From NCBI RefSeq assembly GCF_009914755.1, contig NC_060927.1: a DNA stretch of 64,000 bases; one strand, given 5' to 3'. The notes under the pieces are model-generated. The model did no database searches. It was given only the letters and a program-made list of their open reading frames with translations, and had not been told where the DNA came from. This document shows, piece by piece, positions 26,331 through 40,040 of this stretch (within the stretch, counting starts at the first letter, position 1; each line of letters starts with the position of its first letter). The position numbers and the translations under genes were made by a program. Origin of the DNA: the human T2T-CHM13v2.0 reference genome, Homo sapiens.

Positions 26331-29124
26331 CCAGTGATTTTTTATAAAGTGTAGATACCCCAAATGTAGAGACAGGTATTTCCTTTCTTTATTTTCCTAT
26401 CACTGTCATTTAAGCATGATAGAAGCACTTCTAGAATCTGCATATAAATATTTGTTCCCACTCTATCTGATACTTCATGATGGCTTTCTTTTGTTTTGCA
26501 TTTTTCTTGTATTATTTCCAACATTCTACTGGTTATATATTGTTGTTCCCCAGATTAGATAACTTTGAAGAAATATTTTGTGCCCCTAATTCATCTACCA
26601 ACCTCAATCATTGTTTAATTCTCCCTGGACTTTCTGTTTTGGATTATCTTCATTTTACAAGTACTTTTCTGTGGTTAGAGATTTCTTTTTTTCTGTTTTA
26701 TGTGAGATTTGTTTTAAGGACTTTGTTTTTAAGATCTTATCATGGAAGAAAAAAGATTTTCATTTTTAACGTTATACTGGCCTCTAGAGTAGAAAATGTT
26801 GAATATCACCAACAAAGGAAAACAGCATGATAACTGGCATGGAAAAGATTTGTTTTTAAAACTCCATTCATTCTCATTAGGGGAGTACTCATTTAGAGGA
26901 GCATTCTTTTACTTGAATACATAATTAAAATAAATAATTGTATTTTCATATACGGCATCACGGGAAAAAATGTGAAGAGACTATATAGTCTTAGCCACAG
27001 TATAATATTTTTGGAACAAGATGGGCTGAGAAGGCATAACATTCTATTTCACATTTACATCATGATCTTTCTCTAAAGGAAGTCAAGGTCTTAAATAAAA
27101 CACAGAAGAAAAATTGTCCAATTTTTTTTTAGACATATCAAGAAAGGTAGAAAGGTGGGGAGTTATGAAGGTCAAAAGGCATCAAGATTGAATAAGAAAG
27201 AGAGTCAGGGAGTGACAAATTAGATAGGAGAACATTTTTTTGCCACCATTCCTCCCTATTCCACAGCTTATTAGTAAACAATTAAAGATCCAGAAGGCTG
27301 TCTATAATTTGCAACTTGAATTTCCTGAATTCCAGTTCAGCATCTTCATTGCATAATATAGCTTCTCCTACTAGGAAGATAAGTGATAGAAGAACCACCA
27401 AGTTTCTCACTGACCATGAGTGGTGGTCCTAATCACAAGGAAAAGGGACACCAGACATGGAACTTGAGCTTCATGGTGCTCTGTGAAAACATCACTTTAA
27501 GGTACTAGCACCAGTCACAAGCTTTCTGAATTCAGCTGCCAGATAAAGACCCCTTTCCTAGAAAGCCACCAGGTCATAAAGAGATTATAGAAGTGTCTGA
27601 TAGAGTACTTCTATACCAGATGCCTCTGGAATAGAGCAGAAAATTCCAAGTATATTTAGCTGACAGGGTCAGAACATGTCATCTTAGTATACCAAGCACG
27701 TTCACATACTCTTCTAATTTAGGTTTCTCAACCATCCAGGAAAAAAAGCATAGATATCCCTTTTTTTAAACAAATAAATGTTCAGGGGAGTTAAATAATA
27801 TAGGCTTCACACTGATGTGAAATAGCAAAACTGGCATCTGAACTCATGTTGTCTCATTTTAAGCCCTATTTCCCACCCTTCCTTCAGCACTGAGTATTCC
27901 TCATTGACTTCACCTCTTCACTACTTGGGCAAGGCTTATGATTAATGATGGTTTGTATGGTAGGAAGTTTTTCTTTCATAAACAACTTTCATATTTACTG
28001 GGTTTGAAACTAGCCTTTAGAAGAACTCCTAAACCACTGGGTTATAAATTGGTCTTGATGAGATAAAGGAATGATTACCAGTATTAAGTCATTTCCCATA
28101 GGTATACCCCAAGGCTGTTCCAGAAGCTTGGCAGTAGGCAGCTAACCTTTGAAAATGATGTCAGACTCAAAATGAGGCGTAATTTTGAAGTATATTTCAC
28201 TTAAATAGAACCCTAGACTGAGCGTCCTCTTTCTGTCTCTCCAACCATAAAATGCCATGCCATTCATATCCATGCACCGAGGTTGTTGTCTATCATACAT
28301 ACATGTATATTTTGGAATCATTTATTTGCATCTTCAGATTAGGCAGCTATGGATGCAGGACCATATCAGGCATGACCAGAAGTGGGTGATGTGTTTATTT
28401 TGACTCTCCATTTATACTTTCTATCCTTTTCTTTCATATTAATACCACCTAAGTTCTTAATAATAAACAATGCATTCTAATCTTGACCTCCAAAAGATAA
28501 TCTCACAGAAGTTTCAATTTACAGTAAAATGTAAATGGCAGACAAAAACATCAGCTTCTACTCACTCCAGAAGAATATATATTTTACAAGTATCAAGTCT
28601 TTTACACAAAATAGGAAAAAATCCATCGTAGTGATTGTGGATTTTCCTACAAAGATGACAAATCTTATTGCCATCTTCTACAATGTAGCCTCTTTCCCAT
28701 TATCCCAACAAGGAGCAAAAACTCTATTCCCAAAAAAATGTCCAGAAGGAGAAAAAGTTTGTTTACTAAACTAAGAGTTAGAAGGAAGAGAAAGATAAGA
28801 AACCTCCATTCATCCCCTATGACTTTAGGAAAAAAAGAGAGCAACTTCATGTGTATTGAGTTTCCATTACATATTATTCACTATAATAACTCTCTTTTAT
28901 GTACTATCTGATTTATTTCATATCACTCAAGAGTTTCTTAAAACTCATGATAGAGGTAATTCATTACCACTGTAATTTTTAAGAAACACGCAGTTTTGAA
29001 TGTCAGAGTTGAAAGTGGAACTCAAGATTTTTAAGCCAACTGCATTTTCACCAGCGCCACCTGTATATGAACTAGTAGGTATTTCTGTTGATACTCTTGG
29101 ATCTAAAAAACTTTCTCAGCACTA

Positions 29125-29360
29125 CCTCCCAGTGTACTGTCTCTAGATTCAAACTGCGTGGGCTCAATCTCAGCTATACCATTAACTAGCAGTGTGACTG
29201 TAGTCCAGCTATTTAACTCTGCTGAGCTCAATTTCCTTATTTGCCAGAAAGATATGATAATAGTACCTACATTGTTAGGATTATTGTGAAGATTAATTGA
29301 ACTAAACTACATGAAATGCCTAGCACAGCGGCTCAATAGCTGTTCAGATATTATTGCCAT
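29125..29360 (+). mobile_element. MIRb-like SINE
   Basis: gggctcaatctcagctatacc...actagcagtgtgac...gataatagtacctac...ggattattgtgaagattaa. Confidence 0.85.
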
Positions 29361-30580
29361 TACTGACTAGGTCAGAGGTGGTCATTTTTGCTTCTTGCAT
29401 GTCAGCTCTGATTGAGCATTTCGGGAACATTGTGCTGAGAAGAATTCAGAGAAGACCTCTGTAGAGAGAGTACTGTGCCTGATTTGTCCCTAAGAGCAGG
29501 ATGGGCCTAAGGGAACCAAGTGTGCAGCAAATAGGCTATTCTGGACCTAGGTGAAAGCCAACTCGCCTATGGGCCTTGCACAAAATGGTGCTTTAAAAAA
29601 TGAATGAATGTTTAATGAAGTAAATAAATATGTGAATTAAGGAATCAACTTAAGGCCTACCCAGTGTGGGTCTATATATTAGCTGAATTTAGTGTCAAAT
29701 TTTGAGTCCACTTTCTCAGCTTTTTAGTCATCGCTCAAAATAGGTGCTTTCTTTAAAACTTCAGGGGATCTCAGAGGAAAGACATTAAAAGGCATTGAAA
29801 ATATGCAGCATCTTTCTTGGTAGATAATGTAATAAGACAAAAGGACTTCTATCTCTAAGAGCCTATGACTCTAGGATTGGAGTATGTCCCAGTTGGAGTT
29901 GTCCAAGTTTGTGGCATGTTGGATATGACATTGAACAAAGAAGCAGAGACATGTAGTTCAAATTTAGAACCAGTAAACATATGGTTGTCCACAGTAAGTT
30001 CAGGTTGGAGTACTGAGTTTTCAATATAAAAATGAAAACTATCTTTCCCGGCTTTTGAGCTCTGTCCTTCACCTCTGAAATGTTGCCAGGTTAGTTTCAG
30101 AAGCAGGCATACATTTCTAAAAAGAGAAAAAAGATCTTTACCACAAAAATAAATAACTTTCAGACTTATGATGTAAAGACCTTAGATGAAGTGACTTGAG
30201 AAAATAAGGGAAGTTAGAAAAGTCTCATGAACAACTTTGGAGAAAAAATAGACTGCAGCTTTAGTTGCTCTTTTTACTTCTTCTTCTGAGACTAGGAAAT
30301 ACCAAATTATTTCATCTTTATTATTATTCCTTGTACTGTATCTATATACCTTGAAAAGAGGTGCCATGGTACAGGCTGAGGCTCAAGAGAAAAATGCAAA
30401 AAAATAAAGGGGGATGGGAATGACCTGTCTTGAAAAAGACTACACTTATACTGTTGAAATTGAACCCAAATACAAAGGATTAAATAATGCCTTTTGTATT
30501 ATTACGAGCCTCTTAAAACAGAAAATTATGAGCCATATTTTATTATTAATTGAGAAGAGCGTCTAGCAGGGCTCAATGAC

Positions 30581-30958
30581 TATCTTCTTTCATTTGTGAT
30601 GCTATAATAAAGCACCACAGACTGGGTAATTTATAAACAATAGAAATTCTCACAGTTCTGGAGGCTGGAAAGTTCAAGACCACAGAGTCTGTATCTGGTG
30701 AGAGCCCTCTTGCTGAGTCCTTGTGTGGCAGGTGGTGGAAAAGCAAGAGAGGATAAACACTGTGTCCTCACATGGCAGAAGGGCAGAGGAGAGAGATGCC
30801 ACTCGCACAACCCCTTTTAATAAAGGCATTAATCAGTTCATAAGAGAAGAATCCTCATGACCTAAACACTTTCTGAAGGACCCCACCTTCCAACATTGTT
30901 GCTTTGGAAATTAAGTTTCCAACACATGAATTTTGGACAACACATTAGGACTGTAGCA
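30581..30958 (-). mobile_element. MaLR solo LTR (MSTB/MSTC-like)
   Basis: cacagactgggtaatttataaac...ctcacagttctggaggctggaaagttcaag...cctcacatggcagaagg...gtttccaacacatgaatttt...tagca. Confidence 0.85.
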
Positions 30959-31099
30959 AAGAGTACCTTGGAGCCAAAAAGATCCAAAACTCATTTTTCA
31001 GAGAATATATATGGCACAAGTTATCTGTAGAGCATACTTTGGGAACTACTGGCATATTGCTGCATGGCTATGACGTTAAATGTTTAATGATATATGAGT

Positions 31100-31335
31100 A
31101 TAAGACAACCACTTGTACACATTTTTATGGCTTACAATGCAATATTATGTGTTTTTATGCATTTAACTCTCCAAATTACCCTGTGAGGTCAGTATAACAA
31201 TATTCACTTCAAAGATGTAGAAAGAAAAACCCACAGAGGTGAAATAACTTTCCCAAAGTCTCATAAGTAATTACAGGCAAAACCAGGACTCAGGGTTAGA
31301 GCTTTGGCTTTAAGTCTTATGCTGTTTCCAGTAGT
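31100..31335 (-). mobile_element. MIR (MIRc-like)
   Basis: ccctgtgaggt...cagaggtgaaataactttcccaaagtc...ccaggactc. Confidence 0.75.
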
Positions 31336-33114
31336 AACAGCAGTAAACTAAACTGGAAAAGGTTTTGGCATATATATCAACTTTTCTTAGGAATATAACT
31401 ATGTTATGGGCCCAGACTCATTAATCTCTCAATATTTCAGAGAAGTCGATAAGAAATTGTTGTATTCCCATTTTGCAGCAGTTGTTTTTCTGTTTCCCTT
31501 CAAACAGACTCCAAACAATATTTGCTATTCCTTAAATAATGCAGTCTACAGAACCAATTAAATGGAGCAATCCTTTTGCTCACTGCTGTGGATTAAGCTG
31601 AAAGCCTCTGAGTGCCTGAAACAAGCAGTGTCCACATTGCTGCCTTACATTGAAGTTATCAACATTTACCTACTGAAGGGATGCAGCTCTGGCCTGCTTT
31701 AATTGCTTTAAGTCAAATCCTGCCTCTGTTGTCATAGTTCTCCGGGAGAATACAGATCCTTAGGCTAAGGTTTAAATGATTTTAATAAGAACAACAACTG
31801 CAAACCTTTAAAGATCAACAACAAGGTGAAGATTTTTAGGAAAGTAAACCCAAACAAAATTGGTCCAAAAATATTTGAGAAGTCTGCAACTGATGACTAT
31901 GGGTGTAACAAAAACTGGTCAGATTGATTTTTTGTGTATATTTGGGCAAGCTGCTTCACATCTTTGGACCTAGTTTATCCTTCTTAAAAAGAAGGCTATT
32001 GAATATATATTTAAAACAAAGTTTCTAATATCATCTTGCCGAACTATAAGTGTAAGGGAAAGCATTTTTTGTGCCTAATAAATGTCAGGGCCTTCTTTTA
32101 TGCATTTCTTAATACTTGGGCTAATCATTTAAGGCTTTTGACACTGAATTTGAGCCTCTGTTTTAATATGCATATGGGTTTTGTCCCCATCAGAAACTGG
32201 ATGTACTAAAACACTGCACATTGACTGGGGGGCGGGTACAGTTTTCAGAGGTGGTGATGATACCTTTTTCATTCTTATTTTCAAAATAGAGACTGTAGCC
32301 TTCAAAAATATTTTGTAATCCCTCAGTGCTTTCCTTCTAAGATTCTTTGGGTCTCTGAAAGCCATGAGTGTTTGTATCTAAATAAGAATCTGGAGCTAGC
32401 CTAGAGATTCTGAAGCTTAAGGAATCAGTTTTCTTCTTTTGGGACTGTAAGGGAACAGGGAGACCAGCAAACCTTTTGCAGAATGTTCTCTTCCCCTGAT
32501 AGTGGAAAAAAAGAAAAAAAAAGGGCAGAAAAATCAGCAACATGATAATGAAATCTCAACAATGACCTTTAGGAAATGTTAAAGGGATAGTGGCAGTGAC
32601 TGTGGAAAGGATTAGTTTTGAACAGGGTTAATTTTCCCTCCAAATCATACTTTGAAACATGAAGTGAAAGCAGTAAGTTTTGTGATCACAAAATAAAAAT
32701 TGCCAAGAGCATATCATTCAAGGCTAAAAGTGCTGAGAACAGGAGAAAGTTTGAAATAGAATTATGTGTTTCTCAGATGTCAAGTACATAAGCTTCCATA
32801 TGATCACAGACACAGTGCCATTTCAAAATGCTCCTAAAATGGATTCTATATTATTTTCCAAATTTAGAATTTGATATTTTTGCTAATTAAACAATGAGGT
32901 TGTATGTGAAAATTAAAAAAAAAAGACAGCTATGATTACAGGTCTTGCTGTGGCACTTTAAGTATATTTAATTCACTTTTCTTACAACAATTTAATAAAT
33001 TAGGAAATATTTCAAAATGTAAATATAGGTTTTATCAATTTGCAAAGTGATTGCTTTGGTGGTGATAGATTCTTCTTAAACATCAAGTCATGACATCTAT
33101 CTCATTCCTGACTG

Positions 33115-33275
33115 AAGTTCCTGGTCTATTTTGGTGAATGTACTATGTGTATTTAGGGTGGAAAAGTATATTCTGGAGTTGTTGGATTCTTGTTCTACAA
33201 ATGCCAACTAGATCAAGATGGCAAATAGTGTTGTTTAGATCCTATAATGTTTACTAATATATTTTTGTAGTTGTT
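33115..33275 (-). mobile_element. Old L1M ORF2 (endonuclease region) fragment, left part
   Basis: ggtctattttggtgaatgt...gtatattctggagttgttgg...gttctacaaatgccaactagatcaag; appears to resume at about 36695. Confidence 0.7.
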
Positions 33276-33481
33276 TGAAAATATTATTTTTATTACTCAA
33301 AAAGATCCCGTAAGATGAAAACAAAAATACCATGATATTAAAAGTCTTCACTGAAACCACATTTGGCAAAATGTCTACTTAAATTACATAGATTTACATA
33401 ATTTTAATAATAATCATCAAAGAGTTTAACACTGAATTCACTTTACTCATTTTTCCTACAAATATATTTTGTATAGTTTCT

Positions 33482-36400
33482 TTTTTTTTCTTTTTGTAAC
33501 TTTCATTTTAGGTTCAGAGGTACATGCACAGGCTTATTATAGGTAAATTGCATGTTACAGGGATTTGCTGCACAGATTATTTTTTCACCAAGGTAATAAG
33601 CATAGTGCTCAATAGATAGTTTTTCAATCCTCACTCTCCTCCCATTCTCAAGTAGGCCTCAGGGTCTGTTATTTTCTTCTTTGTGTCCATGTGTATTCAA
33701 TGTTTAGCTTCCACTTATAAGTGACAACATGCAGTATTTGGTTTTCTGTCCTGATTAGTTTGCTCAGGATTATGACCTCCAGCACCAACCATGTCACCAC
33801 AAAGGACATGAATACATTCTTTTTTATGGTTGTGTGTTTCTCGTTTGCTTGGTTGATTTTCTCTATCTCTTTATTTTGAGCCTATCCATGTTGTTTCATG
33901 TGAGATGGATCTCTTGAAGACAGCACACAAATGAATTTTGCTTCTTTATCCAGCTTGCGATGTTGTGCCTTTTAATTGATGCATTTAGCCCATTGCCATT
34001 TAAGGTTAATATTGATAGTGCAGATTTAATCCTGTCATCATGTTTTTAGCTGGTATTATACATACTTGATGTGTAGTTGCTTTATAGTATCAATGGTCTA
34101 TGTACTTAAGTGTGTTTTTGTGGTTGCTGATAATGATCTTTCCTTTCCATGTTTTGTACTCCCTTCACAACCTCATGTAAGGCATATCTGATGGTAATTC
34201 TTTCAGTATTTGCTTATCTGAAAAGGATCTTATTTCTCCTTTGCTTATGAAGCTTAGTTTGGCTGAATACAAAATTCTTATTTGGATTTTATTTTCTTTA
34301 AAAATACTGAATCTAAGCCCCCAGTCTCTTCTGGCTTGTAGGATTTCTGCTGAAAGGTCTGCTGTTAGCTTGATGGGGTTGCCTTTGTAAGCAACCTGTC
34401 CCTTCTCTTTAGCTGCCTTTAACATTTTTTCTTTCATTTCAACCTCAGAGAATCAGGTGACTCTGTGTCTTAGGAATGATCATCTTGTATAATATCTTGC
34501 AGGCGTTCTCTTCATTTCCTGGATTTGAATATTGGACTCTCTAGCGAGGTTGGGGAATTTTTCATTGACAATATCTTGAAATATGTTTTCTAAGTTGCGT
34601 GCTTTCTCTCCCTCATTTTCAAGGATGCCAATGCATCAGAAATTTGATCTCTTTACATAATCTCATGTTTCTTGGAGGTTTTGTTTATTCTTTTTATATC
34701 CTTTTTTCTTTATTTTTGTCTGACCAAGTTAACTTTGGAGAACTGGTCTTCAAGATCTGAGAGTCCTTCGTCAGCATGGTCTACTCTGCTGTTAATACTT
34801 GCAATTGTATTGTGAAATTCTCAAAGTGAGTTTTTCAGCTCTGTCACTCTATCACATCAGTTTGGTTCTTTCTTAAAATGGCCATTTCATCTTTCAGCTC
34901 CTGTATTGCATTATTGTATTCCTTAGCTTCCTAGGATTGGGTTTCAATCTTCTCCCAAATCTTGATCATCTTTCCTATCCATATTCTGAAGTCTATATCT
35001 GTCATTTCTGTCTTTTCAGCCTAGTTAAGAACCACCACTGAGGAAATGGAGTGATCGTTTGGAGGTAAAAAGACACTCTGGCTTTTTGAATTGCCAGAGT
35101 TTTTTGCACTGGTTCTTTCTCATCTTTGATATTACTGTCCTTTGGATGGGGATTTTGGCTTTTATCTTCTTTGATGCCCTGGGAGTTAGATTGTGGCATA
35201 TGATGGGTTCAGTCAACTGGCTTCATTTATTTCTGGAAGATTTTAGAAAGCCAAGGCTCAGCTCTACACTGCTGGGCTGCATGTTTTAACTCTGGGAGGC
35301 TGGTACTGGGCCCCCAGCCTTGTTCTCTGGCCCCTCAAGGTTAGGAAGCTGCTGCACTGGAGAGACTGAGGTGTTCTTGTCCACTGGCCACCACACTCTG
35401 ATGGGGAGGGGTGCTGGTCAAAGCATGTCACTGGAGTAGTGGCAGTGGGATCCATGCTGGCTCATGCATACCAGCAGCCACAGCAATGTGGCAAGGTGCA
35501 CACATGTTGGCTTGCACAGAGCAACTGTGGGAGCAGGGAGGTGGTGTTCCTGCACATGTTTATGCCAGTGATGACAGCACAGCAAGGGCAGTACACTAGC
35601 AGAGATGGAGTTGCTGGTGTCCATGTATGCATTCACACCGGCAGCATTGGTGGCGGTGGTAGCAGGGGTTGGGGGGAGAACAGTGTTGCCAGCATCTGTG
35701 CACACATTAGTGCTGGCACAGGAGTGAACCTGCATGTTAATGGCAGGGGGAAGCAACAAGGTGGACTCATACAAGCACAGCGATGGAGAATGGCCATGAG
35801 CAAATGCATGTCAGTAAAGCATTACGGGAGGGCTGTGATAGGGTGAAGCTGTGCGTGGGCTGGTTCATGTAAGTGGGGCCTGGTCTGCTGGAGTTCTCTG
35901 ATAATCAGGCACAGTCTGCCATTGAAGGAGCTAAGTCTGCCATTGAAGGAGCTATGATGAGGGTTCCTAGAAGCACCCCTGTTGGGTATCCAAGGCTGCA
36001 CTTCAAGCAAGCACGACCAGACTGGCTCCCCAAGAGAGGCCAGCAGGTAACAGAGCATCAGATCAGGCATCAGGCCGCATCCCACGAGCAAGACTGCCCT
36101 GCTTTGTCTAGCTCTAACAGTCATATTGAGGCTAAAGTATCCTGGAGAAGCACAGTGAGCCTTGGAGGATGGCCGTCCCTGGATGTGCTTCACTGCAGCT
36201 GTTCTCCCACCACTCTGGGCTCTGCATAGGCTGGAGTCCTGCCCATATGACCTCTCTGAGCAGCTTTTCCTACCATCTCAGATGCCCATAGAGGTTGAGG
36301 GACCTACCAGAATGGGTCCATGGTGAGAGCAGGCCACTCCTCACCTGTAAACTCACCCTTCCCCCAGGAGTCTCTGAGGGCCAGGTACAAGTCCTGAGGC

Positions 36401-36592
36401 TCAGCCACACTATGCAGGGTTTCCAGCTTCCTCTCTCTTCAGCCCAGCATCTGCATCCTCTCTGCATCCACTCTTAATGCCTTCCATCAGAAGATCTACT
36501 CAGAGGTGTGTTATAGTCTTTCCAATGTCCCAGTCTCTCAGTGGGAGATATTTCTCCTGGCCACATCTAGTCAGCAATCTTGGCAATTCTCC
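33482..36592 (-). mobile_element. L1PA15/16-like element with both ends but most of ORF2 missing
   Basis: 3'UTR 33482-33835 joined directly to the ORF2 N-terminus; ORF1 relics MKEKMLKAAKEKGQVAYKGNPIKLTADLS (34165-34437) and MRKNQ; 5' end ccaagattgctgactagatgtggccagg; weak TSD atagtttct/atggttct. Confidence 0.9.
35913..35954. repeat. Perfect 21-bp tandem duplication
   Basis: agtctgccattgaaggagcta twice. Confidence 0.97.
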
Positions 36593-36619
36593 ATGGTTCT
36601 ACTGACAAAACAAACAAAC

Positions 36620-36628
<9 letters not shown>

Positions 36629-36678
<50 letters not shown>

Positions 36679-36698
36679 TATATATATATATATGTATA
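36629..36698. repeat. (TA)n microsatellite preceded by (CAAA/CAA)n
   Basis: Seen directly. Confidence 0.95.
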
Positions 36699-39600
36699 TT
36701 AGTTTCTAAGGGAGAGATTTTAAAATGATTGTCCAATTATTTATTTCTTCCTTTAATCCTGTTTTTGCTTTATATGTTTTAAGGTTTGTTATTAGGTGTA
36801 TACATATTCATGATTATCATATGTTCCAAATCGATTAGCCTATTAACATTATAAAATAATGTTCTTTATATTATTAATGCTTATGTTAGTAATACTTTGT
36901 CTTCAAGTCTATTTTATCTGATATTAATATAGTTTCACTAGTCTTCTTATACTCACATTTTCTTATTGCATGATATATCTTTTTCTATCAATTACTTTTA
37001 ACTTGTTTCTTTATATTAATGTGCTTCTCTTTGTGATAGAATAGTTTCATCTTCCTTTATTTCTAATAATCTCTGCCTTTTAATCAGAGTGTTTTTAATC
37101 AATATTTAATGGCATTATTGATTAGGTTAAATTTAGGTCTACCATTTTATTATTTGTTCACTGTGTATAACATTTCTCCCTCTTTCCCCATTCTTGTCTT
37201 CTTTTATTTGTAGTGTTTTAGAATTTAGCTTTTTAACTATGTCTATTTGCATTTTTTCTTTTTAAGCGGTTGCTCTAGGGATTACTATGTGCACCCTATT
37301 TTTCTCAGTCTACTTAGAGTATTAATATTTAGAAACCTTGCAAAATAGTGAGTTCATTTATCCACACACTTTCCACTATGCTTTATGTAATTTTAACATC
37401 TGGGTTATCTCTAATTTGTCATCTGTTGTTTGCCTTTTTCTTTGCAATAAAGCCACATTTTTCTCACACACACATATGAGTAATTTTAGATTGTCTCCCG
37501 GAAGTTGTGAATGTTATGTTGTATAGACTCTATTGTATTATATTGTTTTAAGGAGTATTGTTTTGTTTCAGCAGGCAATTCACTTAGAATCATATTGTCA
37601 ATTCTCATGCCTGTGGTGGGTGGTAGCTCAGATATCAGATCAATTCTTAAATTTTTAGATGTACGCAATTTTCAGTTTGTGTCATAAACAACAGGTTCAA
37701 GAGTCAGCCAGTGACAGGCTGAGTTAAACCAGGAGACTTGGGGTTCACCTTCTCTGTGCCTCAGCTTTCTGAGTACCTTCCTTTATTCTCTGGTAGCCTT
37801 GGCTGTTTGATCTCCCTTGATGGCCAGAAGGACCGGGTTCTCTATCACAGATTTGCATTTGTTTTTGCTTTCAAGGCAATGCCTATGGCCACTGTCAGAG
37901 AAAAGTCACAAAATCCAGGGAACTCATTTTATGCCAGTCACTTGCTACAAGTTTCTACTCCAATCCCAAATCTACCACCACTGTTCAACCCCTAGAGTCC
38001 TCTGTTAGATTCTATTGTTGCAGATTTGTTTTTCAAATTTTATAGCTGTTATTTATAGAAGAAATTGGCCTTTTAGGCACCCACTCTTCCAAGCCAGAAG
38101 GCCAAATTCTCATTAATTTCTTTGTTTCCCTTCCTCTTGAAGGAAGGGCCTGAGAATCATTTAACTCCAGTTATCCACTTCCAAAAGCATACGCTGCTAA
38201 GTCTTACATTTTAATTATCTTGATGTTTTAAACTCCACATTACATCATTCTTATTGTGTTATGCTTTCAATATTAATTCAGCTCCACAATACATCTTTCT
38301 TATTGTTTTATACTTTCAATATTAGTTCACCTTTACTTTTCTATGTACTTTTCTTGATTCACTACACTTCTTTCTATATTTCTGAGCTCTATCTTAGCTT
38401 ATTTTCTTCTGCCTGAAAAAAAATTATTAGCATTTTCTTCAGTGATGGTACACTGAAAAATTTTCTCATTTTGTTTGTCAGAAAGTGTCTTTATTTTACT
38501 CTCACTCTTCAAGAATATTTTCAATAAATTATAGTTACAGGTTTGCAATTATTTCATTTCCCCATTTTGACAATACCATTTATTTTCCTTCCTGTCTTTA
38601 TTATTTCTGTTGAAAATTTGGCTTTCATTCTAATTGTTGTTCCCTGAAAATAATTTATTCATATAATCTATATTAATATTTTTTCTTCAAATTTAGCTTC
38701 AATACTGCTATGATCATAAGCCTGCATGTGACTTTCTTTTAAATGTTTCTACTTGGGATTTGTAGGATTTGTAGGCTTCTAAGCTTGATGCTTTTCCTCA
38801 ATTAAAAACAAATTATTTATCATTACATTCTCTAATATCATTTCTGTCCTATCCTCTCTTCCTTTTTATTTTGGGATTAGATTATATATAAGCAGACCTA
38901 TACACTGTCTCTCTTTTTTTCTCTTTATATTTTCTAGACTTATATATAATTTGTTTTGGTATTCGAAATTTATTTCTAATCTGTAATCTAGTTCACAAAT
39001 TCTCTCTTGTCTGCCGTTAATTCCACTATTTGAGTTTTTCACTTTGGTGTTTAAGTTTCTCAATTACAGAATTTCAATGTGGTTCTTCCCAGTTTCAAGC
39101 TTAAATTATTTTATTCCTGCCCTTAACTTCTTAATTTAGTGAGCATACTTATTTTAAAACCTGGAATTGACAACTTCCCCCAGTGGTTCTGTTTCTGTTA
39201 TTATCATTATTGATATTACTTTCCAGTCATGTTATTTTTACAACTTATATAACTAGCATTTTGATTTCATGTTTTAAATATTGTATTTTCATTTTTAAAA
39301 TGTCAGCCTTAATTTTAGATACAGGGGTACATGTACATATTTGTTACATGGGAATATTGCCTGATGCTGAGATTTGGAGTATGGATCCTGTCATCCTGGT
39401 ACTAAGTATAGTACTCAATGGGTATTTTTTGTAACCCAGCCCCTCTCCCTCCATCCTCTAGTAGTCTGTAATGTTTATTGTTTCCATACTTATGTCATGT
39501 GTGCTAGTATTTTCAAAACTTTGTAGATAGTTTGAGTAATAGAAACATTTTGTTTTTCCCGAAAGTATTTAAATTTTTATATTCAGAGTACCTAGCCATC

Positions 39601-40040
39601 TGGGATTACTCAAAGCTGAGATGCCCACAAAGCTGAACTGCAGTCCCTGCAGAAGCCATCTTCTTCTGTATCACAGTTACTCTCTAGTGAGGCTTTTTAG
39701 AGTTCCATCTCAGTGTAAGGAAGATGCATCAGGACTTTTACTGGTGTGCCTTGTACCCAGAGGTTTTTACTCTAGCCTTGAGGCTATCAAATGAGCCATC
39801 CATCCTTTTATTCTTTCAGCTCCCTCATAGATTTTTTTACTTACTCCCAGGTGAAATATAACTCAAATTCCTCTGATTTTCAACCTTTCCACACATCCCA
39901 GACTGATAATTCCTCACTATTATGCTATCTCCCTATTACTTTCAAGCAAAATTTTTTATATATCGACAAGATTTTCAATTGACTTCTAGGGGATAGTTGG
40001 ACCAAGTTACCCAATCTGCCATTATAGGAAGCAGAAATGT
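36695..40040 (-). mobile_element. Ancient L1M (L1MC/ME-like) fragments: ORF2 start, ORF1 and 5' regions
   Basis: T-rich antisense L1 texture (tgttattaggtgtatacatatt, ttcaagtctattttatctgatattaatatag); ORF1-like coiled-coil relic at 38866-39063; boundaries approximate. Confidence 0.65.
39292..39506 (-). mobile_element. Short 5'-truncated L1PB-like 3' end
   Basis: ttttagatacaggggtacatg...tttgttacatggg...gatgctgagatttgg; TSD gtattttca (39283-91 and 39507-15). Confidence 0.85.

Noticed and set aside
33276-33481. 3' transduction carried by the minus-strand L1
   Set aside because: The best TSD candidate (atagtttct/atggttct with a TTCT/A nick) sits immediately at the L1 tail, so this sequence predates the L1.
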